Part shown: in pieces, positions 48,496 to 62,146 of the stretch
Layout: each line of letters opens with the position of its first letter
Position numbering within the stretch: position 1 is the stretch's first letter
Source: Eremomyces bilateralis CBS 781.70
Taxonomy: Eukaryota
DNA: 64,000 nucleotides
Assembly (NCBI GenBank): GCA_010015585.1
Contig: ML975160.1
Reading direction: 5' to 3' (one strand)
Made by a program: the position numbers and the translations under genes
The notes under the pieces: generated by a model
Database searches by the model: none
What the model saw: the letters and a program-made list of their open reading frames with translations, nothing else
Told to the model about the DNA's origin: nothing

Positions 48496-50196
48496 ATGCC
48501 GTACAATATTGCGTAAGCCACCGCTTGATCCTTCGATATCAGCCCTCTAACGGACCCGCAGGATGATCAGTGATTACTTCTTCCCACAACCTGGTACGCT
48601 CGCAAAAATAAGGATCATGGCCCATATTGATGAATTTAGGTGGTGTCGAATCTCACGTATACCAATTGTCAAGTGTACGATCACCACCCAACCATAATCG
48701 AACTGGCCCCTCATCGCTTCTAGAAACTCATCGACCGCGGCCACAAAGTCGTCATCATCACCCACGCATACGAAGGGCGAACGGGAGTCCGCTACCTCAC
48801 CAACGGCCTCAAGGTCTACCATGTCCCCTTCTTCGTAGTCTACCGCGAGACGACCTTCCCGACCCTCTTCTCCTTCTTCCCCATGTTCCGTAACCTCATC
48901 ATCCGCGAAGACATCGAGATCGTCCACGCACACGGGAGCCTCAGCAACCTCTGCCACGAAGCGATCCTCCATGCGCGGACCATGGGGCTGCGGACCGTCT
49001 TCACTGACCACTCCTTGTTTGGATTTGCTGACACGGCGAGCATCTTTGCAAATAAACTGTTGAAGTTCACGTTGTCGGATGTGGACCACGCCATCTGCGT
49101 TTCGCATACCTGCAAAGAGAACACCGTTCTCCGGGCATCGCTAGACCCTCTGATGGTGTCGGTTATACCCAATGCTCTCGTGGCAGAGAACTTCCGTCCG
49201 CTCAATCATCCAAGCACGGTGTCATCGAGGCATGGTGACAACGCTCCAAAGCTACCGATCTCGTCCTCACGGAAAACTCCAAAATCATCGAGTCACGCTC
49301 GCCCCATTGGCCCGAACGATCCAATTACCATCGTGGTAATCTCTCGGCTGTTCTACAATAAGGGAATCGATCTCCTCATCGCCGCTATACCTCTCATATG
49401 CGCCTCCTATCCCAACGTCCGCTTCCTCATCGCCGGCTCTGGCCCCAAGGCCATCGACCTGGAGCAGATGCTGGAACGAAATGTCCTACATGACCGTGTC
49501 TCGCTCCTAGGACCCATTCGCCACGAACAGGTCCGCGACGTGATGGTGCGCGGGAACATCTACCTCCATCCGTCACTCACGGAAGCCTTCGGAACTGTGC
49601 TCGTGGAGGCGGCATCGTGCGGTCTCTACGTCGTGTGCACTCGAGTCGGCGGCATCCCGGAGGTCCTACCGCAACATATGACGACGTTCGCGAAACCCGA
49701 GGAGGACGACCTGGTGCGCGCGACGGGCGAGGCCATCGCGGCCCTTCGAGCGAACCGAATCCGTACAGAACGGTTCCATGATGAGGTGAAGGTCATGTAC
49801 AGCTGGGCGGACATTGCCCGACGCACGGAGCGGGTCTACGACGGCATCTCGGGCGTCTTGTCCGAGGAAGAGTTCTACGGGCATGGCTACGGCGGGGAGA
49901 CGCGGAGCGCGGTACGCGGTCGGGCAGGCGTGCAGAGCTTTGCGCTGATTGATCGGCTCAAACGGTACTATGGATGCGGGATTTGGGCGGGCAAGTTGTT
50001 CTGCTTGTGCATGGTGGTGGATTACCTGATCTGGATGTTTCTGGAACTCTGGTGGCCGCGGAGCAGTATCGATGTGGCGAAGAATTGGCCGAAGAAACCA
50101 GATCGGGTCAGGGATGAAGGGGGTGGGGCGGGGAGGAAGAAGAGCGCCAAGAATCGCGAGCGAGATAATAATTGGGATCACTCGGATGGGGGATGA
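48496..50196 (+). CDS. SPT14: GPI-GlcNAc transferase catalytic subunit PIG-A/Spt14/Gpi3 (GT4)
   Basis: MPYNIAMISDYFFPQPGGVESH built from three micro-exons, GVRYLTNGLKVY, VFTDHSLFGF, SRLFYNKG, SLTEAFG..VEAASCGL..GGIPEVLP, C-terminal TM helix. Confidence 0.96.
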
Positions 50197-52237
50197 CGCA
50201 TAAACAATCAAGACTTTCTGCTAATTAGAATAGAAGAGCACGGAGTTTTTGCTCCATCCTCTCGAATGCTTTGTGGTTAGCCGAAACCAGCGAAACCAAT
50301 ACGCCATATCAGCCATGCCGACTTATACGTCCAGCATCATCCACGTCATGCCACTCTCAAAATGGAAATGAGAGGGAAACATTCTGAGGGCATCCGTCCG
50401 TTTCATGCCTGCTGGCATATCGTCCAGCCTGTCGTGATTCGGATGGAGACAAGTGAGCGCTTATAGGGCCGCTCATCGCCACGGAATTTCCAGGCGCCTT
50501 GGGACAGGTCATAGCGATAGCCAGCGGTAATGCAAAAGCTGTGGGCCTGAGCTCGATGGTGATGCAGGCCTACAGTAATCGTCGGAGTAACTGGTGTACA
50601 GGATGCACTGCATTCATGCACTACTACCTGATACTGACTCGACGCTCCAGCGCGTGAGGTCCCACCAACCATTCCTGTCCGACCAGAGTACAGCAGCGGT
50701 GAGGTACGAAGTCATGGAGCTTGAGTAGCTCGTCGGTTGATACCCTTCCTGTTTGATGGAATGCCGTTTCTATTGCGTATGCCGTTATTCGACCCTAAGC
50801 CCTCAAGCGCTTCCATTTCTGGGCGAGTATTGCTAAAAGAACTCGACGGTTAAGATCTGGCCGGGTACCGATATTCATAGTACTACTAATTGATCTGCCA
50901 CGACTCTTGGATTGCCGTTTCCCCAGATTGGCGAGCCCATTACGAAATCGTCGACATGGCATAGTCTCAGAGTGGATCACAGGTAGAACTGGACGCGAGG
51001 ATGTAACCGCCCGCGACTCGATTGGATCCCGATGGTCCCGCACACGCGCCCGCTGGGCTAACGGTTGACCTCCGACCCTGGAAGTGAACAGAGAACCGGG
51101 GGGAGAGAATAGATTGGATTTATGGGCGAGAGGGTTCACAGGTGGGAAGTTGGAATTTGGGTTGGAGGGCAGGAAGATTTAGGGCGAGATCTTGGGCGTC
51201 CACGGGACGGTAGCCTGCAGAGTACAGACTATTATGACAATGATATGTAACTGTATCCGTATCGTGCATCCACGTGGATATGCTCCAAGGATATTCTGTA
51301 CATTGATGTCAAATCGTTAATCTTGTCCATCGTGCCTTAACCTTGTACAGAAACGATCCTCTTCCATCCATGGTCCAGACTGGTCCTCCCCTCATGCGCA
51401 ATCCCATCCGTCAATCGGAATCTCTGGCAGCCATCGAATGTTTCGGCCGCTAGACAAACATCCCGATCCCCTTCCCCCGTCATCTCCACCGCCAGATCTA
51501 TTCTTGCCATTGGAAATAACACGCTTCAGAGCCTCCCTCGCCCTCCAATCCCGCTTCGAACCTCAAAAGGTCCAGCCATGAGCCAGGGGCCAAGGGCGGC
51601 TCTCTTCCTAGTGCCCGCCGCCATCCCGTTCAGGCGGCTCTGGGCGCTGGCCACGGGACCAATCAGAGGGTGGAACCGCTCCAGTCGGTAACCGCCCGCG
51701 TCGTCAGGTTCGCAGGTATTTTTAGTACGGTGGGCAAGCGGTGCGGTGAGTGGTCGAATGGTCTCCGAGGAGAAGACCGATGGGGCAATGGTTGTGTTCA
51801 GTGGGACCTAGAATCTCTTGGTCAAACAATGGAAGATGGAAAGGTGAGGGTGCGGTTGGGGGACGTGGATGGAGAGGCTGGAATATATTGACGCGCGTGG
51901 CCGACTCTGGTGGCCATCGAAGATTTCGGATATCTCTGTTCTATTACTGGAACCTGCATTGGGATTTCGTACTGCTTTAATTGCATCGAGTCTCCTACTC
52001 TCATTGCTTGCTGCGTTATTTGTTTCGTTTCTATACTTTCAATTCTTGCTCTCGAGCCTAATATCTTCTTACGCCATACAAGTCAAGGACTTCTTTCCGA
52101 ACAACTATATCACGGTGCTGGACATCATCACGCTTTAATTGAACTTTCAAATCCTTCCTCATTGACCTGCCTGAGTTCCGTGGAAGACGACAACAACAAC
52201 ACTAGCGCCAACACCAACCGATTGAGACACAACCACA

Positions 52238-53059
52238 ATGTTGTTCACAACAATACCAGCATTCACCTTCCTCCTCACCTCTCTGGCTACCCTCTCCGCT
52301 GCCGCCCCAACCCTTGATGTCCGCCAGGTCAACGCGAGAAGTTGGTCCGAGCCAGAGGAGAAATACTACCATGCCGTCGGCGACCGCGTCGCCCGATTCG
52401 TACGGACGGCCAACTTCCCCGCACCCCCAGCTTGCAACATCGAAAACGCCCCGATGAACAGAGGTAACACCCTCACAACTCCTTTCTATGCTCTGTGCTA
52501 ACATGACTTATCAGGGGCACTCCCCCCACCATCGCCCGGCCTCGTCCTCTCCCACGTCGTCGTCGGCCGCGGCACCCAGAATTTCACCTGCGACACCACC
52601 AACGCGTCCGCTATCCCCGTGCAGGTCGGCGCCGTCGCCACGCTCTTCAACAGCTCTTGCATCGCCGGGCTCTATCCCGAGCTGCTCTCCCTGATGCCTC
52701 CCGTCGCCATCCGCCACGCCAAGCCCGCCGACGCCGACGGCCTGGCCCCGTCCAACCTTTGGCTGTCCGGCCACCACTTCTTCACCGCCGGCGGGGTGCC
52801 GTTTTTCAGCCTCAACTCGCGGAACGGGGACTACGGGCAGGTGGGCTGCAAGAAGGACGGGGCGACGCCCGCGCCGGACCCGAAGAACGTGCCGTGGTTG
52901 AAGATGAGCACCGCGCATCTGGATGGCATCGAGGCGACGTATTCGGAGGTGTATCGGTTGAACACTGTCGGTGGACAGCCGCCGGAGACATGTGCGGGGC
53001 AGAAGGACCATATTGAGGTGGAGTATGCGGCTGAGTACTGGTTCTGGAAGTCGAAATGA
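52238..53059 (+). CDS. Secreted DUF3455-family protein (often mislabelled malate dehydrogenase), 2 exons
   Basis: Signal peptide, VGRGTQNFTC, VGAVATLFNSSC, SGHHFF, VPWLK, VYRLNTVGGQPP.TC, VEYAAEYWFW. Confidence 0.85.
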
Positions 53060-53422
53060 GGAGGGTGAAAGACCAGGGAAGACGAGACATGGAAAATCGC
53101 TGGACCTAATGAGGTGCATTCGAAGGTCCCGGCGTTCCTGGAGGGCGTTCGGATCGATGCGCGAGACTTGGATGCGGATATCATGTACTGTATCAATCGT
53201 TGGGAATAGCTTGAATATTCGTGAGGGTGTGGTTTGCTTGGACGCGGCATCGCTCGGAGTTGTACGATCGTTATTCGCAGTACCTTCGGCGTTGGCTTGG
53301 ATATATCTGGTTCCTTTCGAGTCGAGAGCTTCAATAATCTTAAACCTTCGCTTCGTCGGATTGTGCACAGTAACCAAGAACCTTTTTCCATCCCCAGCTT
53401 CATCGCTTGATCCATACGCAAA

Positions 53423-55685
53423 TCACCCGCTTTTCCCGCCTTCATCCACGGTACTCGTCACGCTCCTCGCCATAACTTGTGCATGATGTGCGCCGTGACC
53501 AGGTATCAGCAACATCAACACCACCATATGCAGTGCCAGCAGATATACCGCGAAGATATTCCTCCCCAGCCGACTGGAAAAAACTACTTTGGTCACCTGC
53601 AACAGCGTACGCTCCGGCAAGCTCATGCGTTTCATATTTCTCGCATTTTCGCGGCTACGCCATCGCTCGAACGGGGCCAATCCCAACTGTCCTTCGTACA
53701 TGGTACGATACTTATCTTCCGCCGCTCCCGGCATGTCGATCTTGCTCGGGTTCGGGTTCGGCGCCATCGAGCCGCGTCCCGCCGGAGAAGCGGACGAGAA
53801 GGAGGAGAGGTACCGGGATTTTTCGTACAGAGAGAGGTTGTCCTTTTGCAGCGAGGCGATCTCGTTGCGAAGCGAGGAGACGGTCGCATACTGCTTCTGC
53901 AGCTCGCCCTCGAGCTCCGCGATTTTCTTCTTGAACCGATCGCGTTGCGCGGTGACCATGGGCAGGATACCGGAGCCGCCACCGACGCCCTCGGTCGATG
54001 GAGAGGGGGAGTTGGGGATCGGGTCCCAGCCGCTGATGATCGAGGACGTTGGGGATGAGCCTTTCCCGCGGGCGGTGGAGCGGGCGGAAGAAGGGAAGCG
54101 GGATGTATAGGTGCCAGCGACAGAGGCGGCAGATGAGAAGCCCGGTTGGGAGAAGGCGTTGGTGGCTTCTTGTTGTAAGGAGAGGAGGTCGGATTCGAGG
54201 GTTTGGTTAAGAGATTTGCTCTTCTCGAGGTCCGCGGTGGTATTGTTAAAATCGGAGGTAAGGGAGTCGAGGCGCCGTTGCAAATCTGCGTGCGAGACCC
54301 TGAGGAGAGTAAGGTCGTTGGTGAGTTTCTTGTTGCGCGAGAGGAGGAGCTGTTCGAGGTTATCGCGAGACCGTTTCTCGCCATTGTGTTCTGTGCCGTC
54401 TGCTTCGTCGTCGTCTTCGATGGTTGCAAATTCGATCGTCTGTGGCCAGCATTAGGTACGGTGTTCAAGCGATGTAGTTGATTACTTACCTTCAACACCT
54501 CCAACTCGCTCTTGATATCGTCGTAGTCGGAGTACTTGTGAAGCTTGTCCTTCAATCCATCGCGCTCTTGCTTGATCGATGCAAGCTCGCGCTCCAGGCT
54601 CCGGAGTTCGCCCTCTATCTTTCGGGTTTGACTGTCACGATCCAGCTTGGTATTCTCCATCTTCCTCCGCAGAGATTGGTTTTCGGATCGTAGTCGCAGA
54701 TATGCAGGATCGTCTTCCACGGGGTGCGACGGATGCTGGGATGCAGAATGTGCGAGTTGGATTCTCAATTGCTCGTTCCGACCCTCAACCTCTGCCAATC
54801 GCACGTTCACACGATCGAGCTCGGAGCTGACGATTTCCAATTCCGCTGCGGTTGCTCCGGAATGTCGTAACTCAGCATCCCCATCTTCACTTCTTCCGAG
54901 CCGTTGTGAGACCTCGTAGCTTGCCTTGAGCTCTTTGAGCAGTCGATCCTGGTTCTCAACCTTCTCCTCCAGGTTTCGCTCCTTGGCCTCCCAATTGTCT
55001 TGCTTCTCCGATAGAACGGCAGACCATGACGTTTCAACCTCCTTAATCTTCTCATCACGCGAAATTTCTAGTGACTGTCGGGTGGTTCGTTCGCTCTCCA
55101 ACTGCTTCTCCGTGTCCTCCAGCTGGGCAGTGAGCGTCGCGACTTGGCTCTGCAACCGCCCGTTTTCCTCAGTCAACCGGGGGACGATTTCTTCGGCAGT
55201 GATCAGCGAGTCGATGGACGTTTCGAGCAAAGGATATGGGTCTGGAGCCTCGGACAGTGGTGAGTAGACCTGCAAGAAGCCAGATTGCACGGTCTTGGAT
55301 TGGTTCGTGATGAGGTCGATGAAGGTCTGATAAGCTTTGAGCAGGGCCTTGACTTCAGCCAGCTTTCCAGTATCGTCTAGCTTCCGGAAATCCTTGGTTT
55401 TCTGGGCAAGATCCTTCCTCTGTATCAGTGCATCTCGTTGGTGCGCGACGATGTCGGAAGCGGTGGTGTCCAGCTTTGGAACGAGAGCCGTGAGATCGAT
55501 ATCTAGGTTTTACCGTCAGCAACCGTATATTCATAGCAATTCCATGTAGGAGACGGACCCCTCCATGCTGCGATGGCCCTTTGGAACTTGTTCTCCTCCT
55601 CGACCGCAGCATTGACGCCATCTTGCACCGCGTCGGCCTGGGATTGCTCCTGTTGTGCCCCTTGGATCGTTACGTTTGGATCCAT
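53423..55685 (-). CDS. COY1: Golgin Coy1/CASP (coiled-coil Golgi membrane protein), multi-exon
   Basis: NKFQRAIAAWR, RKDLAQKTKDFRKL, YSPLSEAPDPYPLL, YSDYDDIKSELEVLK, ILPMVTAQRDRFK, LQKDNLSLYEKSRYL, C-terminal TM with Y..LH. Confidence 0.93.
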
Positions 55686-56087
55686 TTCGAATCAGGTGCG
55701 GACCCTCTGGGTGTATATAATTGATTCCAGCATTCACTATGGGCAATAAATAGCAATATGAACGAAAGACGGGATATGTATGGACGATTTGCGGTGATGG
55801 TTCACAGTTGAAGGAGATACATGTAAAAGTCACGTTGCGTGTTGCCGGCATATTAAGCTTCGTCACCTTCATTCAGCCGTGCGGCGATACTCCTAGTTAA
55901 GGTCTAATTAAGGTACGTACCGTCTTGATCCCTGCGTTGGAGACATCCGCCTGAATCCCCGACGCCATAGAAGCTTCAATAATAAGACAATAACACAATC
56001 GAACAGATAACTATGGTGATGAGCCCTTCGATTGAGTCCCACCTCGCTTTAATGTGTGGTTCATAAACATGGAAATGTCAAACATAC

Positions 56088-59000
56088 ATGATGGACCCTC
56101 AGAACTCGATGAGCGGTCGAACTGAGTCTTCTGATGATGCTCCGTACCTCCTCCGGAGCTTAGCGAAAGATGTACCGCTCTCGGCGGACGGGGAGAAGAA
56201 TGATACTCGAATAACTTGTGTAGAGTTCTGGAGTAAGTACGAGAATGATTTTAAAATCATCTTCTCCAGGTGGCATGCATTGAGTATCTGTGCTGACGTT
56301 CTCAGACGACAACCTTTATATCGGTACCTCCGCCGCGGAGATCCTACATCTCGTTCGAATACCGCCCGATCCTCAAGATGTATCCGCCGAATCAACCTTT
56401 ATCCTCGCCTCGAGGCTTCGACCGCCGGTTCTCCGAGAGGCAGAAGATGGCATCCAGCGGATTCTCCTCCTGCCCGCCGTTGGCAAGGCGGCGATCCTAA
56501 GCAACCATACCTTGAGTTTCTACTCACTACCCGAACTTAGCCCAGCGTTTCCACGGCTTAAACCGTTCACATGTGCTTGGGTCGGGGGAACTGACCAGGA
56601 CATCTCCGAAGATGTGATGGACGAGCCTGGTGGGGTGGTGATCATGATGGGGTTGCGGAATAAGATACGGATGGTAAGAATCGGCGAGGAACCCATCGTG
56701 GTACGGGATATCGAATTTGGTGGATGCCTGACTACATCCCGACGAGGCGATGTTGCTTGTGTTGCCGACGCCAACTCGTATGCGCTCTTGGATGTGGTGC
56801 ATCAGCAAAAGATCCCGTTGTTCCCGATCAGCTCCTTCTCAACGGAAGACCCCCAGAGTATAGGAGAGACATCACAGCTTTCGACTCCACCATCCGCCCA
56901 CTCGAGAAGTGTTTCCGCACTAGGTCGTTCCGAGACAACTCAGGATCGGGGTCATGGACGAAGCAGCAGCCTGGGGGTGTTCTCGGGCGACACACGACGG
57001 CATTCAAGTACACGATATGGCTTTGATATACCGGACAGTTTGTCACGAATGACATCACCCACACCTAGGACGAACACAACTCCCCCCGAATCGACCACGG
57101 AGCGATCGGCATCTCCTCGACCCCAACAAGAAACGAACAAATCCCTCCCTCCACCTCCTCCCGAATCTCGACCGAGCTCGCAATTGATCAAAGGATTTGG
57201 CCTGTTGCGTCCACAGATCGCATCCCCAACATCCACGGAGTTCCTCCTGGCTCAAGGAAACGGCCCGTTCGATCCTGGCGTAGGGATGTTCGTCAATTTG
57301 GATGGAGAAGTCGTGCGCGGAACCATCGAATTTACCAGCTATCCGGATAATATGGTGGTCGATGGTAAAGGCATCGATCTGACTGCCAGCGCCGCTCTTG
57401 ATGAGGTTTTTGAGGAGGGGTACGTACTCTCGGTTGTCCGTGCCGGGACAGAAGACTCGTTCAAGCGCCAATTAGAAATTCAGCGCTGGGATGTGGACTC
57501 CGGTGAGGGTCATGCGACCAAGCTGAACTACGATCTTGAATCCTTAGTCGGCGAAGCCCCGTCCGCCGAAGCAACAACGGACGGAACTGATCTGGGCATT
57601 CAACGACTTTTGTCGGCGGTTGACATCAGTCTCCCCGAGATAAGTTCGGTATTGGCAAAGAAACGATTGAGCCTAAAACCATCAACTCCTGCCCCACCTT
57701 CCTCCCCGATTGTATCTGAGCAGTCTGCAAAGGGGAAGACGCGGACCGCCGAGGACATCTTCGAGGAATCGGAAGAAACGCGAGAAAGAGACGAATTGGA
57801 GATCGTGAGGCGCCTCTGCAATGTTCCGGCGAAAATGGCATGTTGGTCCGGCGATCGAATCTGGTGGACGGTCCGCAATCCCAGATTCCTTCAACTCAAC
57901 GCGAGATTGGAGCAGGCTTCCTCATCTGCAGAGTCCCGACGGGGTTTTCTCCGCCCTGATCGAGTGGCGGTCCAACTGCTGCTCAACGATATCCGAGGCC
58001 TGGATCCGCGAACGGAACTGGACTTTTTTGCCCTTAGCTTCATCCGCCAGAAAGCCGCCCTTCTCCTGTTTGCAGATTTGATTCTGAGAGTATCATCCGA
58101 CGAAAATAACCAGCAGCAGGGTGTTCGGGCGACGGAAAAGGCCCTCATCGAGAGCGAATTAGACCCTCGCATCATCTTAGCGTTCATCCCCGTAATTCGT
58201 GACGAGATCCGAGAAGGAGATTCTGGCTTGTGGGCCCACAACGGGTTGAAAGATGTCTTTGAGAAGTTCCTGCATCAGGAAGCTCAGGTCGACATATCGT
58301 CACAGATGTCAGGCTCGCTGTCTCATCTTGTCTTGCAGCTTGCAAAGACTTATATGCTCTATTGGAGGAAGAAACGAAACTTTGGAAGCGTCGAGGATAG
58401 AGACGATCTGTTCGGGTCGGTGGATGCCGCTCTACTTCATATCCTTCTCATCCTAGACCAAGGCTCGTCACCAGGACCAGCAACCCCAGGCAGTGTACGG
58501 CAAGAGTTGAACATCGTTGTCGATGACAAGGAGTTCGAATCGTTCGATCGAGCCGTCCTGCTTCTCGAGCAGTACAAGCGCCTATACGTGCTTAGTCGTC
58601 TGTATCAGAGCCGGAAGATGTCGTCAAAGGTCCTGGCCACCTGGAAGCGGATCATCAGCGGTGAGCATGACGCTGGTGGCGAGTTCTTGGATGGAGAGCA
58701 GCAACTACGGCGGTATCTCACAAAACTCAAGGACAGCAAACTTGTACGGGAATATGCGATATGGTTAGCGAATCGGAACCCAAAACTTGGGGTTCAGGTG
58801 TTTGCGGACGATCACAGCACCGTCAAGTTTCGAACTACCGATGCATTGAAGATTCTTCATGAGCATGCACCTGCGGCGGTCAAGGAATACCTTGAATATC
58901 TCGTGTTCGGCAAGAAGGTAAGGTACGGTCTCCAGCGATCCAGGCAACCGCTGACTTTGTTAGCAAACCCAATATTCGAATGAGTTGATCGGCTACTACC

Positions 59001-59836
59001 TTGACGTCGTCGTCAAGGAGCTGGAGTTATCCGAGGAATCGAAACAAATCCTCATGCAAACGTATGAGACCTACAGAGCGCTACACCCCCCGAAGCCTAC
59101 ATATCGCCAGTTCATAATGGACAACGCCATCGACGCCGAGTGGTGGCAGAGCCGACTCCGACTCCTACAACTCCTCGGCGGCACCCAAGATCCCGCCTCC
59201 TCGTACGACACCGCCGCCGTGCTCGAACGGCTCACCGCCTACGAAGAACACCTCGTCCCCGAAATGATCATCCTCTGCGGTCGCCAAGGCCGCCACGAGG
59301 AAGCCATCCGACTCCTGACGCATGGTCTCGGCGATTTCGACACCGCCGTCAGCTATTGTCTCCTGGGCGGGCACAGCCTGTTTCGAACCCTGGGCGACGT
59401 CGTTCCCGGTCGGCCGAAGCCGAGCCGAGAGGACCAGTCCCGGCTGTTTGAGTATCTGCTGCACGAATTCTTCCAGATTCGGGACCTTTCGGACCGGATC
59501 GAACGAACGGGGGAGCTTCTGGAGAGGTTCGGCCCCTGGTTCGACGTATCCACGGTGCGTGTCCCCAGCGACTCTTAAATGCTCGTTTCATATACTAAAG
59601 TACTTCAGGTTCTAAACATGATCCCCGATTCCTGGGCCATCGACGTGTTCTCCGGCTTCCTCGTCAGTGCCCTGCGTCGATTGGTGCGCGAACGCTGCGA
59701 GGCCGCGGTAACCAAAGCGTTGTCGGGCGCGCAGAATTTGAAGCTCACAGCGGAGCTGGCTGACCGACAGGACGAGCTCGGTCCAAAAGTGGAATATGAT
59801 GCCCACAACGCCAGGATTGATAATAGCGTTGCTTAA
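56088..59836 (+). CDS. Vps3/TGFBRAP1-like (Vps39 family) CNH-domain tethering-complex subunit, multi-exon
   Basis: ITCVEFW/NLYIGTSAAEILH, FYSLPELSPAF, GMFVNLDGEVVRGT, YKRLYVLSRLYQSRK, EYLEYLVF, WWQSRLRLLQLLG, LVPEMIIL.GRQGRHEEAIRLLTHGLGDFDTA. Confidence 0.85.
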
Positions 59837-60596
59837 TACATACCTGATGTAAATACCCCAATTGCTGGTTGTTTTATATTGCGTTTCCCAGCAAGGCTTG
59901 ACTCTGGCAATTGCAACTGGGTGTCAGCCAACCTTGCAATATCTTCGCCATTCACAGTGCTCCGTAACAATAGTAGGATACTTCCCCATCCATTATCCTA
60001 CCTGTCCACCCCATCTTCATGCCCGCGGATACAGAATCCTGACCTCAGCCATTCATCCCACAACCCACTGCGTTACCAAGCCCTCTCCAGATTCATAGGT
60101 CGACTCCACGAAGATTACATAATGCCCCACGTAACCCCCACCCGCAACGCTTATTGATGGGTCTTCTGCCAAGCGAGCAACAGGCGAAGCCGATCGATGA
60201 GCGACCATTGTGCGCATCGACATATGCGGCTGCAGCGCTTCCTGCGGTGCTTGGGGTGCGGGGGCGGGCATGACGCCATCACTGCGGCGTTACTAGTGAA
60301 TCGATCGTGTGCAGAGTGGTAGCGCGCAGCCTTCAAGTGTTGAGGAGGGCTATAAATGGGGGGTCATGCATTGGGAAGTATCTAGGTGACGTAGCTATTG
60401 GCATAGGATGGACACTGGGAGTAGGCATGGAGATTGGGCTCACAGATGGAAACAGGTGAATCCACGCTGTGGTAGTGAAGTCAAGCCATATAAAGCCGTA
60501 ATAGGTCATTTCTTAGGACCGCTGGTTTAGCTGGTCGAACAATAAAAGTAAACAGCGTGCGACGACCGGCTGCTGTCTCCAGCCGCCATCCGTCGC

Positions 60597-62146
60597 TTAA
60601 ACCTTCAGCGCAAACTGCTTGAGGTACTCATAATCCGCCACATTCTTCGCCACGGCATCGCGAATGATCGTTGCGCCGCGCACGCCGTATTTCTCCGTCC
60701 ACTCGGCGAACAGCGCCTCGTCGGATTTGGGTATCTTCTTCTGAACGGTCAGAGTAAGTAAGTCGTCGAAAAAAGGGGGGAAGAAAAGGGGATCGTACAT
60801 GGGTCCGGGGCTTCAGCTCGGTGCTGTTGATGGCATCCTCGTGGAATCCCTTCCACTTGTCGAATTTCTCCCGGCACTCGCGTTGGTCGATCTCGTCGCC
60901 CCACTTCAGCATGTCGGGGGAGTATTCCATCCCGACGCTCTTACAGAACGCCTCGACCACCCCTGACGGGTTGTCGAGCAGGTCGTCCGCATCGATCATC
61001 ACGATGTCCACCTTGTCAGGGTCCTCGTTCGGCGGACTTTGGCCGGTGATCCGCGGACCCACCAACCCTTGGTCCTTGAGATAGTCGAAGACTCGTCGCA
61101 GTTCGTCGTAGCCCGCTTCCTCGGGCAGGAAGTTGTAGAACCCGGTGACCTCGTCGAGGGGGGGGACGGTGCACCGGTAGTAGGATGGGATGCTCGAGCG
61201 CGGGTGGCGGATTAAGAAGGCGAATTGGAACTTGCGCAGGAGCTCCAGGGGCACGACGGAGGGATTCCCCGGCTCGGTTTCCGTGGGGAAGGGGTAGCGA
61301 TCTCCCGTGGTGGAGTCCGCGGTCGATCCCGGTCCGGATTCCGAGGAATCGGTCGCGGGCGAATGCGAGCCGTCGGTTCCGATCCCGCGGCGCGGTTGCG
61401 TTAGAGAGGGTGCGATCATGGCCGGTTTTCCATTGGGAGGGACCAGGTAGTGCGTGATGTCCTTGATGAAGATCCGTTTGCCCTGTTACGGTAAGTAGTG
61501 AACGAGGAGAGAGAACCCCTGGACGCGAAAAATCATAACAAATGAATCGAGTATTTCTGGCCGCAAAGACGTGGGGATCCATTTCCTTGAACCGTGACTG
61601 GCCTCCTCCTCTTCCGTCAATGTAGTGAGGACGGTCAGGGGCTGGGTGTCGACTAGGGTGACTCCGCGCGAAGAAGGTACTAAGAAACACGCATAGGCGG
61701 GCGCTGATCGTATTGAGTACAAGCGGGCATTTCACAGAGCCAAACGGAAGGACTGAATTCAAGGGGATAACGTTGGATTGCGCGGCAGAACTGGGGAGAT
61801 AATAACAACACGCGCGAGGAAGGGAGGAGTCCAACCTCGGCAGCCTCCTTGTCGATCCTGTCAAAGATGGTCTTGTATGTGCTGTTGCTGAAGCCACTCT
61901 CCAGCCTCGCCTCCTCGTCATCTTCATATCTTGACCCCAGTCTCTCCGGGCCGAAGTAGAATGCGTCGCCGAACGGCTCATGGATGCATTGGAGACTGTC
62001 ACGGCATGTCATGAACACCTATGATCTAGTCAGAGGACAATGTCGAAGCGGGGGACTGGGATACTGGAGACACATGTACTTACTCTCTCGAACGCTGTGG
62101 AGCAAGCTCGTGGATGAGTTGCTACGAAGATGGGTTTCTGAGACAT
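60597..62146 (-). CDS. P-loop sulfotransferase-like domain protein (family also found fused to plant BCAT-like proteins), 4 exons
   Basis: MSQKPIFVATHPRACSTAFER/VFMT..HEPFGDAFYFGPE, GKRIFIKD, FLIRHPRSSIPSY, IDADDLLDNP..FC..G..MLKW, FDKWKGFHEDAINST, DYEYLKQF. Confidence 0.8.

Noticed and set aside
50200..52200. 2-kb gap with several short ORFs and GC-rich mini-hairpins
   Set aside because: No recognisable coding or RNA signature; treated as intergenic/promoter.
61483..61835. TPP riboswitch in the long intron
   Set aside because: Conserved TPP aptamer motifs (CTGAGA and TGAT...TAAT...GCG) are absent.
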